A stretch of DNA of 64,000 bases from Gammaproteobacteria bacterium (lineage in GTDB: Bacteria > Pseudomonadota > Gammaproteobacteria > SZUA-229). Both the position numbers and the translations under genes were made by a program. The stretch is taken from assembly GCA_015488295.1 (NCBI GenBank), contig WFOC01000058.1, positions 22,507 through 86,506 of the forward strand, written 5' to 3'. This document shows positions 9,418-18,362 of the stretch, piece after piece (within the stretch, counting starts at the first letter, position 1; each line of letters starts with the position of its first letter). Below the pieces are notes generated by a model. The model was not told the origin of the DNA. It searched no databases and saw only the letters and a program-made list of their open reading frames with translations.

Positions 9418-12117
9418 TTAAATTTCTATTTCAACACCAGCAATAGCGTCATCATCAGTTTTATGTTCGGGCGCACATAGTATCAGACGGTCATGTTCGA
9501 TGCCGCGTTGTTTTACCAAATAATTTTTACTGTTGACTTGTCGGTTTCTCGCTAGTTGATTCAGTTGTAATAGTTGCTTATCTGTCAGCTTTATTTCTGC
9601 TTTGCTATTTTTGTTATCGGTGTTTCCATTCGCAAACTTTTCTTTTAGTGCGGGGAAAAGCGCAAATGTGTCTTGCCTGTTCGTTACGCCACAAAGCGTT
9701 AGATGCACCTGTGGTTTCTCCGATAATAATTTTGTTAAGCCGTCCAGTTGTTGTTTTGCGTTGTCGCTGATCTTGGCGGAACCGGGGGTGAATTCAATAG
9801 GATCAAAGTTAAGCGCGGTGGCCAGGTTAAAAGCGAGATTGCCGCCAGCGTAGACCAGACCGTACGGTGTGTAAAAAGTAATCAGCGTGACAGTCGCTGC
9901 TTTTGATGTGGCTTTTATGATGGCATCCATCGGGTTGAAGTTGGGGTTGGTGACATCGCCGGTGATCGGGATATCGAGATGGATGCTGTCGTCTTTATCG
10001 CGTAATAACATAAGTGTCTGGTTTAATGGCATGCCGAATTTCGCATCAAGTTTTTTGGCGCTTTCTTTATCAATGGCTTTGATGTTTAACTGATACAGGG
10101 CAAGGGAAATGTTGCTGTCGAGCACGCCGTCTACAGCGAGTAATTTAAGGTCGGCATCTAACTGGCCGCTTTGAATAATGTGACCGATAGCTTTTCTGGT
10201 TGCGGGTGTGGCGGCGCGCAGGTCGAAGCCTTTAAGTTTGCCGCTGGCATCGAATGATATTTTTTTCGCAAAAGGTTTTGCTGTGCCCGCGATGTCGATG
10301 GTGCCGTGGCGTGTGGTTTTTGCAAAAAGTTTGAATGTGCTATTCGTGTCGGGTTTATCTGTAGCGATTTGTTTTGCATCAAACGCTAGCTCGCTCAGGC
10401 CGATTTTCATCGCGGGTTGAGTGCTGTTATCGGTGAAAATTATTTTTTTGTCGGTGGTAATGCTCAAATCATTGAGAGAAATAGCCAGAGGCTTTTTATG
10501 TTTTTCCGGTGATGTTTGTTTTGCCGTGCTGACGGTCTCTGTTTTTTCTGCATCTTTTTTTATCAGCCATTTGTCGAATTCCCAGTTACCCTCTTTGTTT
10601 CTAGAAACCGTGCTGGCCAGGCCTTTTAGTGAAAGGTTGTTAATAATGATTTTATCATCAGTATATTTGATGTTATCAATGGCCAGCTTATCGAAAGACA
10701 GTGTATGGTCGTTGTTCTGTTCGCTGCGTTGTAAAGCGGCTAATTCGTCCAGCTTGAACTGGTCGATGGAAATATCTTTTCCGTCGGTAATTTTTAGTTT
10801 TATCAGAGAGGCTTTTTTGAACTTGAGTAAATCACGGTTAATGCTGTGGTTGTGAATGTTTGATTGCTGCAGTTCCAGATTGCCTTCGGCATGCAAGTTG
10901 AGTGTGTCTGGTGTTGACGCAAGGGTATTGTATTGCAGTTTGCCTTGCCAGCTGAGCGCCCTGGCGGTCAGGCAGTAATACAGTGATGGTTTCTTGTCCA
11001 GATAACACAGGTCGGAATCATTGATGGTCAGGTTGTTTAAAGTGAACTTGAAAGCGGCTGATTCTTTGGCTGGTTTTTCTTCGCTGGTTTTTTTGCCTGT
11101 CTGTTTGTTGGCAGGTGATTGAGGAATCCATTGTTGATATTCCCAGTCAGACGAGTCTGATTTGACCAGATAGATGCCAGGTTCATTTATGCGGATATCG
11201 TGGATGCTGAGAGTGTTTAAGTGAGAGAGGTTTATATCGTTGATGAGCAGTTGTTTAAAGCGCAGGGAGTCAATGTGTTTTTTGTCATCGCGTTGTAATA
11301 ATGAGAGGTCATGCATCGCCAGTTGGTTGATGTGAATATCATTAAGCCCGTGAATGGTGACATTGTTCAGCGTGTTGGATTTGGAGCTTAATAATTTTTT
11401 GTTAAGACGCTGGTCGATGATGTTAAGGCCATTCAGTGTGAAATCGCCGGTTGATGTCAGCGGTATGTCACCGGTTTTTAAAAGTTTGGTGTCGGTTGCG
11501 TAACTTATGGTGCCGCTCCAGGACATTTTTTTCAGGGCAACACAGTAACCGATAAATCTTGATTCATCGGTTGCCTGCGCCAGTGCGGTGGTGTTCTGCT
11601 GGTAGCAGATATTTAAATTAGTGAAATTTACTTCGCCGAGTGCGGCAGCCCAGGTGTTTATGTTTTCATCCGTTTTGTCTTTGTTTAGATTTTCTGCTGT
11701 TTTGTTTGTCGCTTCTTCCAGCGATATGTTGACACCGCCAATGATGATGGCATCGTGGTATTGCCGGATATTTATATCGAGAGAATCAAGTGCGACCCGG
11801 GCGATCTCGACAGTCCTGTTTGATAATGGCTGCCACTGCCAGTGCAGCTCGACCAGTCCGATTTTAAATAAAGGTCTGCCGCTTTTGCTGCCAGCAGCGT
11901 TTTTAAGTGAGACCGTGCCATCAAAGATATTGATGTCGACGGCCTCGATGCTGGCATCGATGCCCTGTTTTTTCAGCCAGGAGGTCGCGCCATAAATGAT
12001 AACGGGTGATAAGGCTATTTGTGCAATGATGAGCAGCAGGGAGAGAATAAAAAAGACAACAATAAAGCGCCCGATCCATGGTCTGCGAAGGTAAAAAGCT
12101 TTGACGTTGTCGATCAT
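9418..12117 (-). CDS. Large N-terminally anchored DUF748/AsmA-like family protein with an OmpA-like C-terminal end
   Basis: One N-terminal TM helix (FIVVFFILSLLLIIAQIAL), then repeated beta-rich modules (e.g. VDINIFDGTVSLKN, LNNLTINDSDL, INDINLSHLNTLSIHDIRI). The start ATG overlaps the plsB stop (ATGA at 12114-12117). Family assignment is by recognition, not by a verified motif. Confidence 0.55.
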   Translation of the reverse strand: MIDNVKAFYLRRPWIGRFIVVFFILSLLLIIAQIALSPVIIYGATSWLKKQGIDASIEAVDINIFDGTVSLKNAAGSKSGRPLFKIGLVELHWQWQPLSNRTVEIARVALDSLDINIRQYHDAIIIGGVNISLEEATNKTAENLNKDKTDENINTWAAALGEVNFTNLNICYQQNTTALAQATDESRFIGYCVALKKMSWSGTISYATDTKLLKTGDIPLTSTGDFTLNGLNIIDQRLNKKLLSSKSNTLNNVTIHGLNDIHINQLAMHDLSLLQRDDKKHIDSLRFKQLLINDINLSHLNTLSIHDIRINEPGIYLVKSDSSDWEYQQWIPQSPANKQTGKKTSEEKPAKESAAFKFTLNNLTINDSDLCYLDKKPSLYYCLTARALSWQGKLQYNTLASTPDTLNLHAEGNLELQQSNIHNHSINRDLLKFKKASLIKLKITDGKDISIDQFKLDELAALQRSEQNNDHTLSFDKLAIDNIKYTDDKIIINNLSLKGLASTVSRNKEGNWEFDKWLIKKDAEKTETVSTAKQTSPEKHKKPLAISLNDLSITTDKKIIFTDNSTQPAMKIGLSELAFDAKQIATDKPDTNSTFKLFAKTTRHGTIDIAGTAKPFAKKISFDASGKLKGFDLRAATPATRKAIGHIIQSGQLDADLKLLAVDGVLDSNISLALYQLNIKAIDKESAKKLDAKFGMPLNQTLMLLRDKDDSIHLDIPITGDVTNPNFNPMDAIIKATSKAATVTLITFYTPYGLVYAGGNLAFNLATALNFDPIEFTPGSAKISDNAKQQLDGLTKLLSEKPQVHLTLCGVTNRQDTFALFPALKEKFANGNTDNKNSKAEIKLTDKQLLQLNQLARNRQVNSKNYLVKQRGIEHDRLILCAPEHKTDDDAIAGVEIEI

Positions 12118-14600
12118 TCCGATGAAGTGTGAATTGCCCGTTTGTGCGCCGTCTGGTGGGTGCGCAGCATTTGCAGGATATTATACTGCATGTTTTTGTC
12201 GAGCAGTCGGCGTGCGTAGCGGCCTTCGTTAAGTGCGTAATCGGTCAGCCCTAAGTTATCTGCATCATTAACCGAAACATAACCCAGCTTGATCAGGGAG
12301 TTGATGAAATTGCCGATCAGTTTTTTATCAAAAAAGTCCGGTGAATTTATTTCATACATTAATGACAGGCGTTGCGCCATCAGGTGGCAGAGTTCTTCAA
12401 GCCGGTTGCGTGACAATGTGTTATCGCCATGCTCGGCAAGCAAAGCGAAGATCATGTAATACAGTTCCAGCACAGGTGAGATTACCTGTGCCAGCGTGGA
12501 TAGCTGGGCGTGTTGTTCGGTGCTGATGCCGGGTTTGCTGAAAGTTTCGCTGTCCGGTTGCTGTGTGAGCAGGCCGCTGGAAACCATAAAGCTGATAATG
12601 TCATCGATGACCTGTTCGGAATCGGCGGCTGACCATGGCAGGAAAAATTCGGTTTTCAGAAACGGGTAGGCGATTTTTATCGAGCGTTTAATGGTTGCCC
12701 TGTCCAGTGTCTGTGCATTATTAAAACAGCAGGCGATCAATGAAGGTATGGCCAGCAGATGCAGAATGTTGTTGCGGTAATAGGTCAGTAAAACGGCGTG
12801 TGCCTTGTCGAGGTAAATGAAGTCACCCATTTCGTGCTTGCGCCGGTGCACAAGTTTCAGCGCTTCCGCGTGATGGATCTGCTGGCTGGCGGCGTAGGGT
12901 GTCAGCGTTATAAAGTCTGAATAATGATGATGCCTGATTAGCTTGCTATAAAAATCCAGGGTGCGGGCAAGCTCGCCTTCATCCATGGTCTGGTTGGGGG
13001 CGGCAAGCAGCGCGGTGGCGATCAGATTGATGCTGTTGACGGCGCAGCACTCATTGATGTGCTGCATGATTTGCGTGGAAGTTTGGTTGACAGCAGGCTT
13101 TAACCAGTCGGGTCGTTGTTTGTCGTTGTAGGGCTGGTTCCGCCAGCCGGGGTTTTGTTGATCCAGAATGTCGTTTAACAGAACTGCCTGACCGAAGTTG
13201 GTGGTGACGCGACCATAGAATCCACGGATGTTCAAAATGGAGCGGAATGAACCAAGCAGGGTTTCGGATTTTTTATCATCGCCCTTGAGCTCGGCGAGAT
13301 AGGCTTTGCCTTCGATCATTTTTTCATAACCGATATACACGGGAATGAATGCGATGGGGCGCTGCTGGTATTTCAGAAAAGCACGAATCGTCATCGCCAG
13401 CATACCGGGTTTGGGTTGCAGCAAACGCCCGGTGCGGCTGCGGCCACCTTCGATAAAATATTCTATCGGCATATTGCCTACAATCTGCGAAGCGAGGTAT
13501 TCGAACATGACGGTGGAATACAGTTTGTTGCCCTTAAAGCTGCGGCGGATAAAAAATGCGCCGGCTTTTCTCAGTACCGGGCCGATGACGGGCATGTTCA
13601 GGTTTTTTCCGGCGGCAATGTAAGGGATGGCCAGACCTTCGTTATGGATGACGTAGGAGAGCAGCAGGTAGTCGATGTGGCTGCGGTGGCAGGGTACGTA
13701 AACCAGCTCGTGGCTTAAAGCCAGCTGTTTTAAGGGGGCGCTGAAATTTACATCAATGCCGGAATAAAACTTGTTCCAGAAAGCGGTGAGTATACGCTGC
13801 AGAATCTGGATAGTGATGTAGCTGCGATCTGCGACAATTTCGTTGAGATAATTTTGTGCAATTTTGCTGGCTTTGTGGTTTGTGATGTTGTCCTTCCGGC
13901 TGCGATTTTCGATAGCTTCTGCGATGTCCTGGTTTTGCAGCAGTGTGCGAACCAGAGTGCGGCGATGAGAGATATCCGGCCCCAGAGTGGCGGTTTTGAT
14001 TTCGGTCAGGCGTTCAGACAAGCGTTTTTGTAAGGTATCAACAGGATTCTGCGTTGCCGGATCATCGAGCAGTTCGCGTAGCGAGATGGCCGGGGAGAAG
14101 TGCAGCAGCGTATTTTTACCGTTGAACAAGATGGTAAAAAAACGTCGTGTACGTCCGGCGAGACCCCAGGTTTCGGAGAACAAAACCCGCAACCAGTGCT
14201 TCTGTTTGAGCACCGGCCGCCCCCAGAAAATAACCACCGGTACAAAATGCACATCAAGTTCGGGGTTTTCTTTGAGCACCTGGCAGATGCTGCTGAGCAT
14301 GGGGGAGTGTTTGGGCTCCTGCTGCAACCAGGCCTTGAGCGGCTGTGCCTGGGCAACGGTGTAAACACTGTGCCATTTTTTTAGCCGGGGGTGCCCGATG
14401 CGGGATAAAGGCGTTGTTGTATGTAAATTCTTACACTCCTGCTCCAGTACCAGCAGGTCGGACCATGCGCGTGATGACAGAACATAGATGACATTGGCCC
14501 TGTCATTTTTTAAGGTGTCAGGAGCCTGTGCTACATCGGTTTTTATCCATAAATAAAGTAGCTTCTGTGCAAGAAAGTTTAGGGGCGAAGTCAGGTTCAT
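12114..14600 (-). CDS. plsB: Glycerol-3-phosphate acyltransferase PlsB
   Basis: 828 aa. HX4D acyltransferase motif HRSHIDYLLLSYV, plus FFIRRSF and YFIEGGRSRTGRLL blocks. Confidence 0.95.
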   Translation of the reverse strand: MNLTSPLNFLAQKLLYLWIKTDVAQAPDTLKNDRANVIYVLSSRAWSDLLVLEQECKNLHTTTPLSRIGHPRLKKWHSVYTVAQAQPLKAWLQQEPKHSPMLSSICQVLKENPELDVHFVPVVIFWGRPVLKQKHWLRVLFSETWGLAGRTRRFFTILFNGKNTLLHFSPAISLRELLDDPATQNPVDTLQKRLSERLTEIKTATLGPDISHRRTLVRTLLQNQDIAEAIENRSRKDNITNHKASKIAQNYLNEIVADRSYITIQILQRILTAFWNKFYSGIDVNFSAPLKQLALSHELVYVPCHRSHIDYLLLSYVIHNEGLAIPYIAAGKNLNMPVIGPVLRKAGAFFIRRSFKGNKLYSTVMFEYLASQIVGNMPIEYFIEGGRSRTGRLLQPKPGMLAMTIRAFLKYQQRPIAFIPVYIGYEKMIEGKAYLAELKGDDKKSETLLGSFRSILNIRGFYGRVTTNFGQAVLLNDILDQQNPGWRNQPYNDKQRPDWLKPAVNQTSTQIMQHINECCAVNSINLIATALLAAPNQTMDEGELARTLDFYSKLIRHHHYSDFITLTPYAASQQIHHAEALKLVHRRKHEMGDFIYLDKAHAVLLTYYRNNILHLLAIPSLIACCFNNAQTLDRATIKRSIKIAYPFLKTEFFLPWSAADSEQVIDDIISFMVSSGLLTQQPDSETFSKPGISTEQHAQLSTLAQVISPVLELYYMIFALLAEHGDNTLSRNRLEELCHLMAQRLSLMYEINSPDFFDKKLIGNFINSLIKLGYVSVNDADNLGLTDYALNEGRYARRLLDKNMQYNILQMLRTHQTAHKRAIHTSSE

Positions 14601-14936
14601 ATAGCGCGCAGGAAATTAAAAAACATATGATGCTTGGTGAGTACCCGATTATCTTGCCGTAATTTTTGCTTATTGGATACGCCAATCATATCAAAACACC
14701 GGTAAGCGCGTGGTGTCACAATTTTTAACACATTTTCAGGAACAGGCTTATGTTTTTATATCCTGAGTGTTTTCAATAGCTTGGTTGTGAAAGGCGAGAT
14801 TAAGAAAGACCAGGACATGGGTTTTTGTCGGGCATGTTTACAGTTTGAGGGTTTATTGGTTATAAATTACCGGATTTTCTTGCTGAGAAGAAAGGAGGTC
14901 TTGTAAGTTATTGATTTTGAGCGACGCTTTCGAAAG

Positions 14937-14952
14937 TGGCATGGCGTTTGCA
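14937..14952 (+). promoter_or_regulatory. Sigma-54 (-24/-12) promoter
   Basis: TGGCATggcgtTTGCA matches TGGCAY-N5-TTGCW at every conserved position. It lies 108 nt upstream of the PEP-CTERM gene ATG at 15060. Confidence 0.6.
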
Positions 14953-15059
14953 TTGTTTATGCTGGCATACTAAATAAACACGGTGTGCAGGCGTGAAGAC
15001 AGGGCGGGTCGCACGATTTATGAATACTTTAATTTTGAGCAGGTTTTAAGGAAGACATA

Positions 15060-15686
15060 ATGAAAAACTTAATAAAAGGTTTAGGGCTCGCGTTGGCAAT
15101 GATGGTTTCATCTGCTCACGCTGTTCCGACGTTGTTGTTTGACGGTTATATAGATTACGATGCCAGCTCAGGCTTGTTGTCGGTCGATTCGGTATTAACC
15201 GCAACCGCAGATATTACACCGGCACCAGTGCTTCTCGGCAGTTCCCTGAATTTCTCTTTGCTGTATGACGGTGTCGACACGGCAAGCTCGCTTTTCACTG
15301 TCGGGCTTTTTGGTAGCTCAACTGGGACAGATTTAGCGGTTTTGGATGGTGCATCAAATATATTATTAACCGGCAATTTTGACAGTTTCAAGATGTTGGG
15401 AGGCAATGGTTTTTCATCGGGCCTGATTGTAGGAACTTTGAGTGCGAATGGTGGTGATCTGCAAACAGCGTTTGGCCTGGGCAACCTGCTTGCTCTGGAG
15501 TTTAATTTAACAACAACTTTTTCTGCCACTATGTTTGACAGCAGCTTTAGCGGTGGTATTGATGGTCGTATTAAAGGTGAGACGGTTAATGTGCCTGAAC
15601 CGGCAATGCCCGCATTACTGGCGCTGGGCGTTTTGTTTATCGGTTTTGCTCATAGAGCTGGAATACGTCGTCAACTTGATCTTTAA
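15060..15686 (+). CDS. PEP-CTERM sorting-domain secreted protein
   Basis: Signal peptide MKNLIKGLGLALAMMVSSAHA|VP. G/S/T/D-rich body. C-terminus is VPEPAMPALLALGVLFIGFAHRAGIRRQLDL (PEP motif, TM helix, basic tail). Confidence 0.85.
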   Translation: MKNLIKGLGLALAMMVSSAHAVPTLLFDGYIDYDASSGLLSVDSVLTATADITPAPVLLGSSLNFSLLYDGVDTASSLFTVGLFGSSTGTDLAVLDGASNILLTGNFDSFKMLGGNGFSSGLIVGTLSANGGDLQTAFGLGNLLALEFNLTTTFSATMFDSSFSGGIDGRIKGETVNVPEPAMPALLALGVLFIGFAHRAGIRRQLDL

Positions 15687-15749
15687 TCAGAACGATCAGC
15701 GACCAGTTTAAAAAATCATTTAAGTTTATTAAGGGGTGTAGGTATCAAA

Positions 15750-16295
15750 ATGAATATTAAGCAGCGTTTAATCATGTTGGTTTTGCCGGCGGCAATGCTG
15801 ATATCTGGAGCCTCCTATGCTAATTCTCTGGTTGTAAAGCCTGCGCTGGACATTCAGGATCTTGCTGGTGATGCAGGTATTAGTTTGACCAGCTTTAATT
15901 TTGATATTGATGCAACGGCGTTTGCTATTGTTACTACCGGGGATCCAATTGATATTCCTGATGTATCTTTCTCTTTAACATCAACCGGCCTGTTTGATGG
16001 CGGTCAGGGTTACTTTTCAGGAAGCTTTGATGCGGGCAGTTTGTTATCAGGCACATTTATCAACTTATACGTACTCAGCCTGGAGGGAGCCAATGGGCAG
16101 TTTCTTGGTGATTTGAATTATACCGGAGGAAGTTTGAAGGGTGACCTGACGGCGGGTCGCATTGAAGGCGTTTTTGATTCAACGGGCATAGTAGCAAAGT
16201 TGGGTAGTGTCGCAGTTGTGCCGGTGCCGGCAGCGGTCTGGTTATTTGGTTCTGGCCTGATTGGTCTGATCGGGATTGCGCGTAGAAAAACCTGA
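15750..16295 (+). CDS. Secreted protein with a variant PEP-CTERM signal (VPxPA type, resembling the VPLPA-CTERM class)
   Basis: Signal peptide ...AAMLISGASYA|NS. C-terminus is VPVPAAVWLFGSGLIGLIGIARRKT (motif, TM helix, basic tail). Confidence 0.75.
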   Translation: MNIKQRLIMLVLPAAMLISGASYANSLVVKPALDIQDLAGDAGISLTSFNFDIDATAFAIVTTGDPIDIPDVSFSLTSTGLFDGGQGYFSGSFDAGSLLSGTFINLYVLSLEGANGQFLGDLNYTGGSLKGDLTAGRIEGVFDSTGIVAKLGSVAVVPVPAAVWLFGSGLIGLIGIARRKT

Positions 16296-16317
16296 ATCAT
16301 TCTGAACAAAAAATAAT

Positions 16318-16347
16318 AAAAAAGCCCCGCAAAGCGGGGCTTTTTTT
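16318..16347. terminator. Bidirectional Rho-independent terminator
   Basis: Stem agccccgc / gcggggct with loop aaa, flanked by an A-run and a T-run. It lies between the convergent PEP-CTERM operon and dctM. Confidence 0.8.
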
Positions 16348-16411
16348 GTGTTTAAAAGCGTTTATTGCTGGATCAAAAATATATTGTTTTTATATTCAGC
16401 CTCAGAAAAAT

Positions 16412-16450
16412 TTGCCAGAGAAGCCTGCCAGAGAAATCTGCCGGAGAGGT
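16412..16450. repeat. 13-nt tandem repeat, three good copies plus degenerate copies running into the dctM 3' end
   Basis: ttgccagagaagc / ctgccagagaaat / ctgccggagaggt, then decaying copies ttgtcaggatatc and tggtcaggcagcc. Confidence 0.7.
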
Positions 16451-16453
16451 TTG

Positions 16454-17827
16454 TCAGGATATCTGGTCAGGCAGCCAGGTTGCCAGTACCGGCCAGTAAG
16501 CGATCATTGCCATCACCAGAAGCTGTATGCTGATAAAAGGTATTACGCCACGATAAATTTGTGTGGTTTTTATCGAAGCTGGTGCAACACCGCGCAGATA
16601 AAACAGGGCGAAACCAAACGGTGGTGTCAGGAAGGATGTTTGCAGATTGATGGCAATTAGAATGCCCAGCCAGACCGGGTCGATGCCCATGGCCAGCAAT
16701 ATCGGGCCGACGATGGGCACAATAACAAAAGTGATTTCGATAAAGTCGAGCACGAATCCCAGCAAAAACATCGCCAGCATTACGATGAACAAGGCGTGAT
16801 ATTTACCACCGCTGAGATCACCGAGTAATTCCTGTATTAATTCATCGCCTTCAAAGCCGCGAAAGACCAGTGAGAACAAAGCCGCGCCGATTAATATCAT
16901 GAATACCATGCAGCTGACACGGGTCGTGCTGCGCACCACTTCCTGCAATGTTTTTAATGTCAGCATTTTTTTGGATGCCGCCAGAAGCATGGCACCGACT
17001 GCACCGATAGCGGCAGCTTCAGTCGGCGTGGCCAGACCACCGATGATGGAGCCGAGCACGGCCAGTATCAAAAACAGTGGCGGGACCAGGCTTTTGATTA
17101 CGTCATGCAATAAATGTGAGTCATAATCACTGATAGAATCGCTAGCCGCCGGCAGAGCATCTTTGTTAAACAGGGCAACACCGCCGATATAAAGAATATA
17201 GAAAGTGACCAGTAACAGTCCTGGAATTAACGCGCCGATAAACAGGTCGCTGACCGAAATGGTTTCAGGCGAAAAAATACCCATATCGAGTTGCGCCTGC
17301 TGATAGGCATTGGACAGCACATCACCAAGCAGCACCAGCACGATGGATGGCGGAATGATCTGACCCAGCGTGCCGGAAGCGCAGATCAGGCCGGTAGAAA
17401 TTTTCGGGTCGTAGCCGTGTTTTAACATGGTGGGCAGAGAAAGCAGCCCCATGGTGACCACGGTTGCGCCGACAATGCCGGTGCTGGCCGCGAGCAACAT
17501 GCCAACCAGCACCACGGAAATCGCCAGCCCGCCGCGCAGACGGCCGAACAGGCGTGACATGGTGGTGAGCAAATCATCAGCAATTTTTGAGCGCTCCAGC
17601 ATCACGCCCATAAAAACAAACAGCGGCACCGCCATTAAAATCTGGTTGCCAATGATGCCGTATAAGCGGTTGGGCAGTGCCTCCAGAAACGCCGGGTCAA
17701 AGGTGCCGGTCATCTCACCGAGGACGGTGAATGCCAGCGCGGTGCCCGCCAGCGTAAAGGCAACCGGGTAGCCGATCAGCAATAAAACAAAAACCGTGGC
17801 GAAAAGATAGAGTGACATATATTCCAT
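16454..17827 (-). CDS. dctM: TRAP transporter large permease (DctM family)
   Basis: 457-aa polytopic membrane protein with typical DctM blocks (LFVFMGVMLERS, GTLGQIIPPSI, TPTEAAAIGA). Its start overlaps the dctQ stop. Confidence 0.9.
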   Translation of the reverse strand: MEYMSLYLFATVFVLLLIGYPVAFTLAGTALAFTVLGEMTGTFDPAFLEALPNRLYGIIGNQILMAVPLFVFMGVMLERSKIADDLLTTMSRLFGRLRGGLAISVVLVGMLLAASTGIVGATVVTMGLLSLPTMLKHGYDPKISTGLICASGTLGQIIPPSIVLVLLGDVLSNAYQQAQLDMGIFSPETISVSDLFIGALIPGLLLVTFYILYIGGVALFNKDALPAASDSISDYDSHLLHDVIKSLVPPLFLILAVLGSIIGGLATPTEAAAIGAVGAMLLAASKKMLTLKTLQEVVRSTTRVSCMVFMILIGAALFSLVFRGFEGDELIQELLGDLSGGKYHALFIVMLAMFLLGFVLDFIEITFVIVPIVGPILLAMGIDPVWLGILIAINLQTSFLTPPFGFALFYLRGVAPASIKTTQIYRGVIPFISIQLLVMAMIAYWPVLATWLPDQIS

Positions 17828-18354
17828 CAGTCGTTAGTCTCTTCGTTGCTGGCATCACTGTGCATAATGGTTTCGATATTGCGTGCGATCTGGGTGAAGG
17901 CCTGCAGGCTTAATAAGGTGGTCATCACCAGAATCAGGCTTTTCAGCAGGAACACGCCGGGCAGACCGCCGGCTTCACGCGAACCTTCAAGCACGGACCA
18001 GCTGTCCGCGATATATACCCAGCTGATCCAGCTGACAAACAACATAAACGGCAATAATAAAAACAATGCGCCAAACAGGTCGACCCAGGCTTTGGTTTGT
18101 TTTGAAAAACGTGTGTAGAAAATATCGACGCGTACGTGCGCGTCCTGCTGCAGGGTATAGGCCATGCCGGCGAGAAAGATGGTGGCATGTAAATAGGTAG
18201 AGACTTCCTGCAGCGCGATGGAGCCGCTGTCAAATACATAGCGCAGAACAACAACGGCGAAGGTGACCAGTACCAGGAACAAACTCAGCCAGGAAACGGT
18301 GCGCCCGGTCCAGTCGATAAACGATTCAATGCCCGCCAGAGTTTGCTTAAACAT
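17827..18354 (-). CDS. dctQ: TRAP transporter small permease (DctQ family)
   Basis: 175 aa with four predicted TM helices, immediately upstream of and overlapping dctM. Confidence 0.8.
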   Translation of the reverse strand: MFKQTLAGIESFIDWTGRTVSWLSLFLVLVTFAVVVLRYVFDSGSIALQEVSTYLHATIFLAGMAYTLQQDAHVRVDIFYTRFSKQTKAWVDLFGALFLLLPFMLFVSWISWVYIADSWSVLEGSREAGGLPGVFLLKSLILVMTTLLSLQAFTQIARNIETIMHSDASNEETND

Positions 18355-18362
18355 GCGGTGTG

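Noticed and set aside
16412-16476. CRISPR-like array.
   Set aside because: The only tandem repeats in the window have 9-13-nt units without spacers. There are no 24-40-bp repeat/spacer periodicity and no cas genes.
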